DNA of 64,000 bases from Leucoraja ocellata. Taxonomy: Eukaryota. The notes beneath the pieces are model-generated. The model was given only the letters and a program-made list of their open reading frames with translations, ran no database searches and had not been told where the DNA came from. Every line of letters starts with the position of its first letter. Position 1 is the first letter of the stretch. The DNA is taken from the NCBI GenBank assembly GCA_036785375.1, contig JAWMAR010000258.1, positions 1,922,001 to 1,986,000 of the forward strand, given 5' to 3'. Of the stretch, positions 1 through 12,500 are shown piece after piece. Made by a program: the position numbers and the translations under genes.

Positions 1-225
1 GGGACTACCTGAAATTGGAGAAGTCAATGTTCATACCGCTGGGGTGTAAACTACCCAAGCAAAATATGAGGTGCTGCTCCTCCAATTTGCGGTGGGACTC
101 ACTCTGGCCATGGAGGAGGCCCAGGACAGAAAGGTCGGATTCGGAATGGGAGGGGGAGTTGAGGTGCTGAGCCACCGGGAGATCAGGTTTGTTATTGTGA
201 ACTGAGCGGAGGTGTTGGGCGAAGT
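1..225 (-). mobile_element. Penelope-like element fragment (GIY-YIG endonuclease C-terminus); related pieces at 15890-16105, 60100-60315 and 63360-63800
   Basis: Minus-strand translation LEEQHLIFCLGSLHPSGMNIDFSNF. Confidence 0.7.
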
Positions 226-498
226 GATCTATATACCTTCTATATATATGTTTTATATCTCTCTACATCACCCTCTATATCTCTAGTTTCCCTTTCCCCT
301 GAATCTGGGTCTGAAGAAGGTGTCTTGACTTGAAACGTCACCTATTCCTTCTCTCCAGAGATGATGCCTGACCCGCTAAGTATCTCCTCAGTTATTGTTG
401 GCTAGCGATCAATATCCTCACTGTAGCTGAGCAGACCCAGCAACCCTACGATGGTTGACCTCTGCCTCCCCCTGTTTCTTGTGAGGTTTCACACGTAC

Positions 499-590
499 CT
501 GGAGTCCTTGATGGTTGAGACATCGGTGTTCAGGGCAGTCTTGATATTCCTCAAGTTCCATATGATCATGACAAACAAAACCGTGTTAAC
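499..590 (-). CDS. Gene A exon 14, TM5-ICL3 ([31 protein letters not shown])
   Basis: 92-nt exon; LNxDVSTIKDxR is characteristic of ADGRE receptors. Confidence 0.93.
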
Positions 591-3500
591 CTGCAACACA
601 GCAGCACCGTAATTATAGTTCCAACTAGACCAAGTGATCTTCCAATCTCACTGTGGAACTGCTACACTACAATGCTGAGAAACTATATTCTGCACTCTGG
701 TCTCTTCACTCGTACTGTTGTACTTGAGTTTGGCTTGATTGTATTTATGCACGGTGGCGCAGCGGTAGAGATAACCATATAACCATATAACAATTACAGC
801 ACGGAAACAGGCCATCTCGGCCCTACAAGTCCGTGCCGAACAAATTTTTTTTTCCCCTTAGTCCCACCTGCCTGCACTCATACCATAACCCACCATTCCC
901 TTCTCATCCATATGCCTATCCAATTTATTTTTAAATGATACCAATGAACCTGCCTCCACCACTTCCACTGGAAGCTCATTCCACACCGCTACCACTCTCT
1001 GAGTAAAGAAGTTCCCCCTCATATTACCCCTAAACTTCTGTCCCTTAATTCTGAAGTCATGTCCTCTTGTTTGAATCCTCCCTATTCTCAAAGGGAAAAG
1101 CTTGTCCACATCAACTCTGTCTATCCCTCTCATCATTTTAAAGACCTCTATCAAGTCCCCCCTCAACCTTCTGCGCTCCAGAGAATAAAGACCTAACTTA
1201 TTCAACCTTTCTCTGGATGCTGCCTGATAGCGCCAGAGTCCCGGGCTCAAAGCTGACCACGGGTGCTGTCTGTACGGACAGCACGTCTGCTTCGGGGGGC
1301 AGCGGAGGCCGGTTCTCTGGATACTTTCAAGAGAGAGCTAGATAAGGCTCTTAAAGATAGCGGAGTCAGGGGACATGGGGAGAAGGCAGGAACGGGGTAC
1401 TGATTGGGGATGATTAGCCATGATCACAGTGAATGGCGGTGCTGGCTCGAAGGGCCGAATGGCCTATTCCTGCATCTACTGTCTATTGACACAGATACAC
1501 ACACATACACATGCACACACACAAGCATTCACACACACACACACACACACTGACACTCATACACACACTCTCACGCACACACTCATACATTTGCAGACAC
1601 GCACGCACACACACCTCTCTCTCATGTACACACACACACACACACAGGTACATGGATAGGACAGGTTTGGAGGGATATGGGCCACAGGCGGGCAGGTGGG
1701 ACTAGTGTAGATGGGACATGTTGGTCAGTGTGGGCAAGTTGGGCTGAAGGGCCTGTTTTCACACTGTATCACGCTATGACTGTAAAACATGGACTGAGGA
1801 GCAGTCCACAAATGAAACATTCAACATGACACCAGGGTACTCATAGACATACTTGGTGCAAACTTCACCCCGATGAAAAATAAAAATCCCTGTGCAACAA
1901 GTAGCTAATAATAGACTAGGTTAAAAGAGGATTCAAGTTTCACAAGAGGGAAGGAATGTGCTGGTTTAGTCCAAAGCAGACCAAAATACAGGAGCTAGTG
2001 TGAGGGGGAGATTAGATGCTTTCAATGATGTAGAAAGAGTTGGTGGAGATTTGATGAGAGTTTGGTTTAGGTTAGTTTAGAGATACAGCACGGAAACAGG
2101 CCCTTTGGCCCACCAGGTCCAGCGATCCCCGCACACTAACGCTATCCTACACACACTGGAGACAATTTACACATACACCAAGTCAATTAAACTACAAACC
2201 TGCATGTCTTTGGAGTGTGGGAGGAAACCGGAGCACCCGGAGAAAACCCACGCGGGTCACAAAGCGGATGTACAAACTCCGTACAGACAGAACCGCTGGT
2301 CAGGATGGAACCCGGGTCTCTGGAGCTGTGAGGCAGCAACTCTACCGCTGCGCCACCGTGCCACCCTAATGGACAGGCCTTGAGATACCACCCGTGCTTG
2401 CTCCACTTACTCTGCCTCATCAGAGAAACATAGACAATAGGTGCAGGAGTAGGCCATTCGGCCATTCGAGCCAACATCACCATTCAATATGATCATGACT
2501 GGTCATCCCAAATCAATACCCCGTTCCTGCCTTCTCCCCATATCCCTTGATTCCGTTAGCCCAAAGAACTAAATCTAACTCTCTTTTGAAGACATCCTGT
2601 GAATTGGCCTCCACTGCCTTCTGTGGCAGAGAATTCCACAGATTCACAACTCTGGGTGAAAAAGCTTTTCCCTCATCACAATCCTAAACAGCCTACCCCT
2701 TGTTCTTAAACTGTGATACCTGGTTCTGGACTCGGTTGGGAAGGCGGATGAAGGCTGCGGCAGAAAAGGGTCTCCAGTCGCCTTGGACTCCATGCCACTG
2801 GATCCTGACCCAGATCTGTCAAGGACCGTGCGGTGGGCTGTCTGTACACCAGTCTCCCCACGTTAAACAAAGTCACGCACAGGCGTCCTCCACAGTCATA
2901 CTCGTTGCGATGAAAGGGCGGGAGAGGGGAACAGGACCAGCAGCCAGCAGCTTGGGCAACCGTGGCCGGTGACATGTCCAGGCACTGGTCACTCATAGAC
3001 TGACCACAGGCAGTCACCCGCCATGGGAGGGTCACACACACACACGAAGGCACCACCTTCAACTCTCCCACTATCGTATGGCTTTCCCCTTATTTTAAGA
3101 ATAAGGAATAAGCCATTTAGAACGGAGACAAGGAAACACTTTTTCACACAGAGAGCGGTGAATCTGTGGAATTCTCTGCCTCAGAGGGCGGTGGAGGCAG
3201 GTTCTCTGGATACTTTCAAGAGAGAGCTAGATAGGGCTTTTAAAGATAGTAGAGTCAGGGGATATGGGGAGAAGGCAGGAACGGGGTACTGATTGGGGAT
3301 GATCAGCCATGATCACATTGAGTGGCGGTGCTGGCTTGAAGGGCTGAATGGCCTACTCCTGCACTTATTTTCTATTGTCTATTGTATCACTCCTTCCAAC
3401 CTTACCAAAACCACGAAGGACACCGGACCCAACAAACTCCAGATAAAACCTTTCTCCAGATCCAGCCAACACCTGCAAGTAAAGAAACATGTATTCATTT

Positions 3501-6500
3501 AGCAATGGGATTTTCAAAAGTAATAAGTTTTTTTTAACCTTCTGGGGCTTCTGTTAAAGTCTTGCATCACAACTTCTGACAGCCAGGGTGATTACAGCAA
3601 TGAAGATAGACGCAGAATAACTCAACGGGTCAGGCAGCATCTCTGGAGAACATGGAGAGCTGACGTTTCAGGTCGGGACCCTTCTTCAGAAGTGGTATTT
3701 GAGGCAGAACAAGGGTCTTGACCCGTAATGTCGCCCATTCCTTCTCTCCAGAGATGCTGCCTGTCCCGCTGAGTTACTCCAGCGTTTTGTGTCGATCTTC
3801 GGTTTAAACCAGCATCTGCAGTTCCTTCCTCCATATGATATTAACACCAATCAGGGTGAGTGGACTGGAGGCTGCGTCAGCTTGAATGGAGCGTCTGGGT
3901 GGGCATGGAGGAGTTGGGCCTAGTCTGTGGCTCTGGGACAGCAGAGATTGTAAAGGCAGCACACAGTACAAACAGGTATATGTAGGAAGGAAGATGCTGC
4001 TTTAAACTGCATAGATAGACACAGAGCTGGAGTAACTCAGCGGGACAGGCAGCATCTCTGGAGAGAAGGAATGGGTGACGTTTCTTCAGTCTGTGTGATG
4101 GTGTGTGTCACCGTGTGTGTCACTGTGTGTGTCACTGTGTGTATCACTGTGTGTATCACTGTGTGTCACCGTGTGTGTCACCATGTGTGACGGTGTGTGT
4201 CACTGTGTGTATCACCGTGTGTATCACCGTGTGTGTCACCGTGTGTATCACCGTGTGTATCACCGTGTGTGTCACCGTGTGTGTCACCGTGTGTGACGGT
4301 GTGTGTCACCGTGTGTGTCACCGTGTGTGACGGTGTGTGTCACCATGTGTGTCACCGTGTGTGACGGTGTGCGTGACGGTGTGTGTGTCACTGTGTGTCA
4401 CCGTGTGTGTCACCGTGTGTGATGGTGTGTGTCATACTGACCGGTCAAGTCTCCAGTAGCCGCAGGGGTTGACAGAGGCTGCCACGGCCACCACCAGCGC
4501 CGGGCACAGGTAGGCCACAGTGTACATGTATCGCCGCTTCATCACGCGTGTGCGGGTGAAGTTCACCACCTTCAGGTTGAGCACCATCAGCCACAGGTGT
4601 ACGGCCTCCAGCAGCATCCAGCTGAACGCCACCAGCAGCAGGTAGTGCAGACTACCCAGCACCAACGCACACACCATCTGCAGAGACAACAGTGGTCATT
4701 GCATGCCCATTGGAGACCACCCAATACCCACACTTCACCTACTCCACCCATCCAATCAAGGCCACCCACCCAAACAGCCAACCCATCCCTACCCACTCTC
4801 ACCCACCCTCAACCCAACACACTCCATGCCCCCTGCCCAATACCTACCTCACCCCTCATGCACCCTCACCCCACACAACACCCACCCCACACCCACCCCG
4901 CACCCGTCACCCACACGTTACCGATTGCGGTTTGATGAACATGGTGATGAGGAAGAGCAGCTCGGCCAGGAAGAGGTTGAGGCAGAGGTGCGCTCGGATC
5001 AGCGTGTTGGGACCGCGGATGGCCTTGCACCAGAAGAAGGTTGCTAAGGACAACAAGAGGAAGAAGAGCGACACGGGCAGCACCAGCACAGTGATCCACC
5101 AGAGGGCGGTACTGTGCACCGGGTCCTGAGGGCAACACAGATCAACATCAGGCAACCGCAATGTAAATGGTCCAAGTTTACGATGCAGCACAAACCACAC
5201 CAACTTACTCCAGTACTTTGTGAGCCTGAAGAAGGGTCTCGACCTGAAACGTCGCCTATTTCCTTCGCTCCGTAGATGCTGCCTCACCCGCTGAGTTCCT
5301 CCAGCATTTTTGTCTACCTTCCAGTCTTTTGTTAGGTTATTTTCTAAACCAGTATCAGCAGTTCAGACGAAATGTGTTGGAAGGAACAGCAGATGCTGGT
5401 TTACACTGAAGATATGCACAGAATGCTGGTGTAACTCAGTGGGTCAGGCAGCACCTATGGAGCGAAGGAATTGGTGATGTTTCGGGTCGAAATCCTTCCT
5501 CAGTTGCTGGTTTACATTGTGGAGTAATTCAACGACAGCACCTTCAGAGAAAAAGGATGGGTGACATTTTGTCTCGGTCTGTAGGTTTCCTCAAAGTGCC
5601 CCTGGAGTGTAGGATGCGAAAGTGGGATAACATGGAACTAGTGTACATGTGATCAGTAGTCGGCGTGGATTCGGTGGGCTATTATCAACTGACTGGAAAA
5701 GCAACAAAATGAAATGAAACAAATTTAAATGAAACTGAACTGAACTAAATTGTACACTCTGGAGTTTAGAAGGATGAGAGGGTATCTCATTGAACATGTA
5801 AAGTCATTAAGGGTTTGGACACGCTAGAGGCAGGAAACAAGTTCCCGATGTTGGGGGAGTTCAGAACCAGGGGCCACAGTTTAAGAATAAGGGGTAGGCC
5901 ATTTAGAACGGAGACGAGGAAACACTTTTTCACACAGAGAGTTGTGAATCTGTGGAATTCCTCTGTGGAGGCTGGTTCTCGGGATACTTTCAAGAGAGAG
6001 CTAGATAGGGCTCTTGAAGATTGCGGAGTCACGGGATATGGGGAGAAGGCAGGATTTATCTCTTGGCGCTAACAGAATCAAGGGATATGGAGAGAGAGCA
6101 GGAACGGGGTACTGATTGTGGATGATCAGCCATGATCACATTGAATGGTGGCGCTGGCTCGAAGGGCCGAATGGCCTACTCCTGCACCTATTGTCTATTG
6201 TCTAAATTAAACGGAACTTAGCGGAACAAAACTAATCTAAATGAAACTAATTTAAACTAAACTCCACTGAGCGAGCTTACCGAGGTCATGATCGGACCTG
6301 GCCAATAGTTCTATGTTATTCCACTCTCACATCTCACACACTGGGGGCAATTTACAATTAACCTCCAAACCCGCACGTCTTTGGGATGTGGGAGGAAACG
6401 GGAGCACTCGGAGGAAACCCACGCGGTCACGGGGTGAACATGCAAACATTTGTGAAGACTTTCCACTGACTGGATAGCACGCAACAAAAACGCTATTCGA

Positions 6501-9500
6501 TGCATGTGACACTAAACAAAACAAATTTAAACTCCTCAACTAAAAGTGTTTAAACAAAACAAAACTAAAATAAAATGATTTAAACTAAGCTAAATTAAAA
6601 TAAACCAAACTAATGTAAAATAAATTAAACTAAACTAAACTGAAAGAAAGGAAACATCTAAACTAAAAGAAGCTAAACTGAACTAAACTAAACTAAAGTG
6701 TCCCTGTATTTACATGGGGACAGCACCAGAGGTCAGGATTGAACCTGTGTCTCTGGCGTTGTGAGGCAGCAACTCTACCAGCTACTCCACTGTGTGGCGC
6801 CCGTGTTCCTGCTGCCTGTGTTCCTGCGCTGCCGGTCTGTGGGCCAAGTGGCTGCCCGATGCCCAGCTCCATGCCCGCTCTCCACCCGTCTCACCATTTT
6901 GTACTGAGCCAGCAGCAGGGCAAAGCTGGACAGGGTGTTGTAGGTACAGGTGGCGTGAGTCTTGTTGCCGCTGCTCTCCTGCTGTGTTTCCCAGCCGTTG
7001 CCCATCCAGGTGCCGCAGAGTCTCTTCCCCTTGGCATCATCGCACAGCTGGAAGCAAGCACACCTGAGTATNNNNNNNNNNNNNNNNNNNNNNNNNNNNN
7101 NNNNNNNNNNNNNNNNNNNNNNNNNNNNNNNNNNNNNNNNNNNNNNNNNNNNNNNNNNNNNNNNNNNNNNNNNNNNNNNNNNNNNNNNNNNNNNNNNNNN
7201 NNNNNNNNNNNNNNNNNNNNNNNNNNNNNNNNNNNNNNNNNNNNNNNNNNNNNNNNNNNNNNNNNNNNNNNNNNNNNNNNNNNNNNNNNNNNNNNNNNNN
7301 NNNNNNNNNNNNNNNNNNNNNNNNNNNNNNNNNNNNNNNNNNNNNNNNNNNNNNNNNNNNNNNNNNNNNNNNNNNNNACTCACACTGACTCTATGACCGT
7401 GCGGTGAGGTCCTGGACTCTCCCACCAGTGGAAACATAGAAGATGTTGGAATCGATTTATTGCACAAGTTTCCAAAGCCGGCACCCAACCCAGGCGACGA
7501 TAGTTTTAAAAATCAAAAATAATTTATTCACTTATTTTACAACTAAACCAGTGGTAACGCACCCAGCACCATAATACAAAATCACCAAATTATCTAATCA
7601 CTCACGTAATTCAAGTAACTATATCGTCATCCATATTAAGGACACATTCCACCCTCCGCAGTGCCCAGCGGTCCCGGAAATCCCCCAGGGTGCCCGTGGA
7701 CAGCGCGTAGGCCCTCTCTAACACCACCCGGGCGCGGAGGTAACCCCGGAAAAAGGGCAGGTAGCCGGCACGGGCAGAGCCCTCTTCCGCCTGGCGCTGT
7801 GACTCGCGGATGGCCAACTTGGCCAGGCCCAGGTGCAACCCAACCAGGACATCTTCAGCCCCCCCTACCCTCTCCCCTACGCACAGGGTGTCCAAAGATG
7901 TGGACGGTGGGTGTGGAGCACATTTGAGTGCTGGCCCATAGAAGCAGATCTACAATCACATTACAACCGCTCCACAATCTGAAATTACTACATCTAAAGC
8001 AACATTTCTTACTTTCTCACCTCATTTCTAAAGCTTCATCCTTTTGTTCTGAAGCTTTAGTTTAGTTTAGTTTAGTTTAGAGATACAGCGCGGAAACAGG
8101 CCCTTCGGCCCACTGAGTCCGCGCCGACCAGCGATCCCCGCACATTAACATTATCCTACACACACTATGGACAATTTTTACATTTACTAAGCCAATTAAC
8201 CCAGAAACCTGCACGTCTTTGGAGTGTGGGAGGAAACCGAATATCCTGGAGAAAACCCACGCTGGTCACGGGGAGGACATGCAAACTCCGTTCTGACAGC
8301 ACCCACAGTCGGGATCGAACCCGGGTCTCCGGTGCTGATTTGCTGTAAGGCAGCAACTCTACCGCTGTGCCACCGTGACCGCCCAAAAGCAGTGGCCTCT
8401 GGTCCTAGACTCTCCCACTGGTGGAAGCATAGAAGATGGTGGAATGGGTTTATTGCGCAGGGATCTCAGGGTCCGCCGTGACTGCCGTCTGCCTTGCCCC
8501 ACCGCTGAGTGCTCACCTTGCTCACCTCCTCCTTCACACGGAAGGTGATGTTGAGGGTTGGTGTCAGACCCTGCCTCTGGCCGCCCACTTTGGTCACCGT
8601 CACCACCTTCGAATTGAACTTCACACTGGCGTTGTCTCTGCCTCCCTCCTGCACCAACGTTGGCTCCACGACGGTCTCCAGCTCTCTGTAAGCCAGGAAG
8701 GTGAGGAGAGCGTTCTCTGTCCCACCCCGTGTGTGAGAGAGAGGAAGGTGGACAGTCTGATTGGGCTCCATGTAGAAAGCACTACCACCTCGAAACTACT
8801 CATCCCCACCAGCTAACCTCATCCCACCCATCCCCATCTCATCCGACCCCATCCCCATCTCATCCCACACATCTAACCTCATCCCACCCCATCTAACCTC
8901 ATCCCACCCCATCAAATCTCATCCCACCCCATCAAATCTCATCCTACCCCATCTCCATCTAACCCCATCCCACCTCATGCTCAACCCCAAACCTCATTAA
9001 ACCTCATCCCACCCCATCCCCACCTCACCCACCAGACTCCCATGGTTCCTGCATCTACCTCCAGACCCTCATCGTTCCATCAACCTCCATCCACTATTCA
9101 ACCCCTCCATAACCTCCCTTCCTGGGCTGTCATAGCTGTCCCTGGGTTCCACCCGGAAACTCTGCCTCCCTCCCAGCCTGCTCACCCCCTCCCAAATTCC
9201 TTCACTCTGCGTTTGAATCGAGTTGGTACAGTCCACGGATGTCCATTGTGGTCAGAGCAGGGGCCTGGACATGGGTGAACAGTGATGGCGGTCTCCACTG
9301 CTGTGGCCTGGACTGGCTCAGCATTATGGGACTTCCCGGTGAGCAGAGCAGCTCAGGGCTGGCCCAGGTGAGAAGATCATAAGGTCATAGTGATAGGACT
9401 AGCCCATCAAGTCTACTCTGCCATTCAATCATGGCTGATGTATCTCTCTCTCCGTTCTCCCCATAACATCTGACACCCGTACTAATCAAGAATCTATCTA

Positions 9501-12500
9501 TCTCTGCCTTAACAATATCCACTGACTTGGCCTCCACAGCCTATTGTGGCAAAGAATTCCACAGATTCATCACCCTCTGACTAAGAAATTCTTCCTCATC
9601 TCCTTCCGAACAGAACGTCCTTTAATTCTGAGGCTGTGACCTCTAGTCCTAGACTCTCCCACTAGTGGAAACATCCTCTCCACATCCACTCTCTCCAGGC
9701 CTTTCACTATTGTGTGTGTTTCAATGAGGTCCCCCCTCATCTGACCCTACTATCCGACCCAGGGGAAGGCTGGCAAGCTGCCCTCCGCCCTACGGATGGG
9801 GTAAGGAGAGCGGGCAGGTACCGTGATCGTCCTGTCCCAGCAGCGAGAGGGAGTGGGCCACCAAGATGCTGTTGTAGGCGTTCAGGTAGATGATGGAACT
9901 CGCCGTCACTTTGTCCTTCTGTAGAGAAGCCACATCAACCTCTGCGGGCAAAGGGGACAGGTTACATGTGGTGAGAAGCTGGACAGGCGAGTCAATGGTG
10001 AGGTGGTGGACAGGTGAGTCAGCAGTGAAGATAGGCACAAAATGCTGGAGTAACTCAGCGGGACAGGCAGCATCTCTGAAGAGAAGGAATGGGTGACGTT
10101 TCGGGTCGAGACCTTTCTTCAGACTGATGCTGCCTGTCCCGCTGAGCTCCGGCATTTTGTGTCTGTCTTCAATTTAAACCAGCATCTGCAGTTCTTTTCT
10201 ACACATAGAGAGATGTTGTACAGGTCAATCAATGGACAGATGTTGTACAGATAAGTCAATGGACAGATGTTGTGCAGGTGAACCCGGGTCTCCGGCGCTG
10301 CAAGGCAGCAACTCTACCAGGAGAATGGGGTTCGGAGGGAGAGAGAAGTGGAGTGCGGGGTGTCACTTACCGATGGTGGACGACGAATAGCGCGTCTTGT
10401 TGTTGCGGAGTAGGTTGAGGGTAGCGTCGGCGATGGCAACCTCCATGGCCTGCAGCAGGTGTCCAAGTGCTGCCTGCTGCTGCTGCTTGTTCAGGCGGCC
10501 CCATTCCACCGGGCTGGCCAACACCGACTGGGAGAAATTACTGAGCGTCTTGCGAGAGGAGAGGCCGTGTTGTTACATAAACATAAAACATTTTTAAATC
10601 TATCACACTTTGTCTTTGCGGAATGATTCATATCACAAGAGCAGATATTTTAGTGGAAACAATGATCAGATTAGATTAACCCTGATCTGAGGAAGGACGT
10701 TCTTGCCATAGAGGGAGTACAGAGAAGGTTCACCAGACTGATTCCTGGGATGTCAGGACTTTCATATGAAGAAAGGCTGGATAGACTCGGCTTGTACTAG
10801 TTAGAATATAGATTGAGAGGGGATCTTATAGAAACTTACAAAATTCTTAAGGGGTTGGACAGGCTAGATGCAGGAAGATTGTTCCCGATGTTGGGGAAGT
10901 CCAGCACAAGGGGTCACAGTTTAAGGATAAGGGGGAAATCTTTTAGGACTGAAATGAGAAAAACATTTTTCACACAGAGAGTGGTGAATCTGTGGAATTC
11001 TCTGCCACAGAAGGTAGTTGAGGCCAGTTCATTGGCTATATTTAAGAGGGAGTTAGATGTGGCCCTTGTGGCTGAAGGGATCAGGGGGTATGGAGAGATG
11101 GCAGGTACAGGATATTGGGTTCGAACAGGATATTGGCCCTTCGAACCAACACCGCCATTCAATATGATCATGGCTGATCATCCAGAATCAATACCCTGTT
11201 CCTGCTAATTCCCCATATTGCTTGATTATGTTAGCCCGAGGAGCAAAATCTAACTCTCTCTTGAAAATTTTGGCCATGCTTCACTTTCAAATTGTGCCGA
11301 GCGCTGAAAGTCTTGGCGTCACAGAGTCACGTGACACAGAAAGTGGCCCTTCGGCCCATCTCGTCCATGCCGACCAAGATGACCCAGCCAGAGAGCACTC
11401 CTGAACTCTGGTTCAGTCTGAGGGAGGGTCTCGACCCGGAACGTCACCCATTCCTTCTCTCCAGTGATGCTGCCTGTCCCGCTGAGTTGCTCCAGCTTTT
11501 TGTATCAGCCTACTATCTACCTCATTGGTGACCCTCGAACTAAATGTCCAAGACTATGGGCGGTCATGGTGGCTCAGCGGTAGAGTTGCTGCCTTACAGC
11601 GAGTGCAGCGCCGGAGACCCGGGTTCGATCCCGACGACGGGCGCTGTCTGTACAGGGTTTGTACGTTCTCCACGTGACCTGCATGGATTTTCTCCGAGAT
11701 CTTCAGTTTCCTCCCACACTCCAAAGACGTACAGGTTTGTAGGTTAATTGGCCTGGCAAATGTAAGAATTGTCCCGAGTGGGTGTAGGATAGTGTTAATG
11801 TATGGGGATCGCTGGTCAGCACGGACTCGGTGGGCTGAAGGGCCTGTTTCCACACTGTATCTCTAAACTGAGCTAAACTAAACTAGAGGGCATGGCTTTA
11901 AAGTGAGAGGGTCAAAGTTCAAAGGGATGATGGTCGGCATGGACTCAATGGGCCGAAGGGCCTGTTTGAATGCTGCATCTCTCAAACTAAATGAATGAAA
12001 TGGTGCCTGGCCTAAAACTGCTGCAGGATAGTGTGTGCAGAGAGAGCTCACCTCCATTGCAATTCCAGCATCAGAACTGTTGCATGCTTTGTCCTTGAAG
12101 CTTTGAATCTTCTTTACAATGTCTGTGAGTGCAGCCTGCATGTCCTTCTTCCGAGGAAACAAAACATGGAACAATTGTAAGATTTGTACAAAACTTTGAA
12201 AATGATAAGGAAGATGGGTGTCACGGTGGCACAGCGGTAGAGTTGCTGCCTCACAGCGCCAGAGACCCGGGTTCAATCCCGACTACGGGTGCTGTCTGTA
12301 CAGAGTTTGAACGTTCTCCCTGTGACTTGCATGGGTTTTCTCCGAAATCTTTGATTTCCATCCACACTCCATAGACTTACAGGTTTGCAGGTTAATTTGC
12401 TTGGCATAAATGTATGCTCTAAATTGTCTCTAGTGTGTGTAGGACAGTGCTGGGGATCGCTGGTTGGCGAGGACTCGGTGGGCTGAAGGGCCTGTTTCCA

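Noticed and set aside
1850-1895. Possible small minus-strand exon (cag|GGATTTTT...|gtatgt)
   Set aside because: Exons 13 and 14 already join in frame, and the translation has no ADGRE similarity.
4103-4330. Cys/His/Val-rich ORFs
   Set aside because: Translations of a minisatellite.
6739-7488. ORFs spanning N runs (also near 31.6-31.9 kb and 56.2-56.5 kb)
   Set aside because: Artefacts of assembly gaps.
11560-11640. tRNA genes
   Set aside because: The A/B boxes are SINE heads continuing into SINE body, with no complete cloverleaf.
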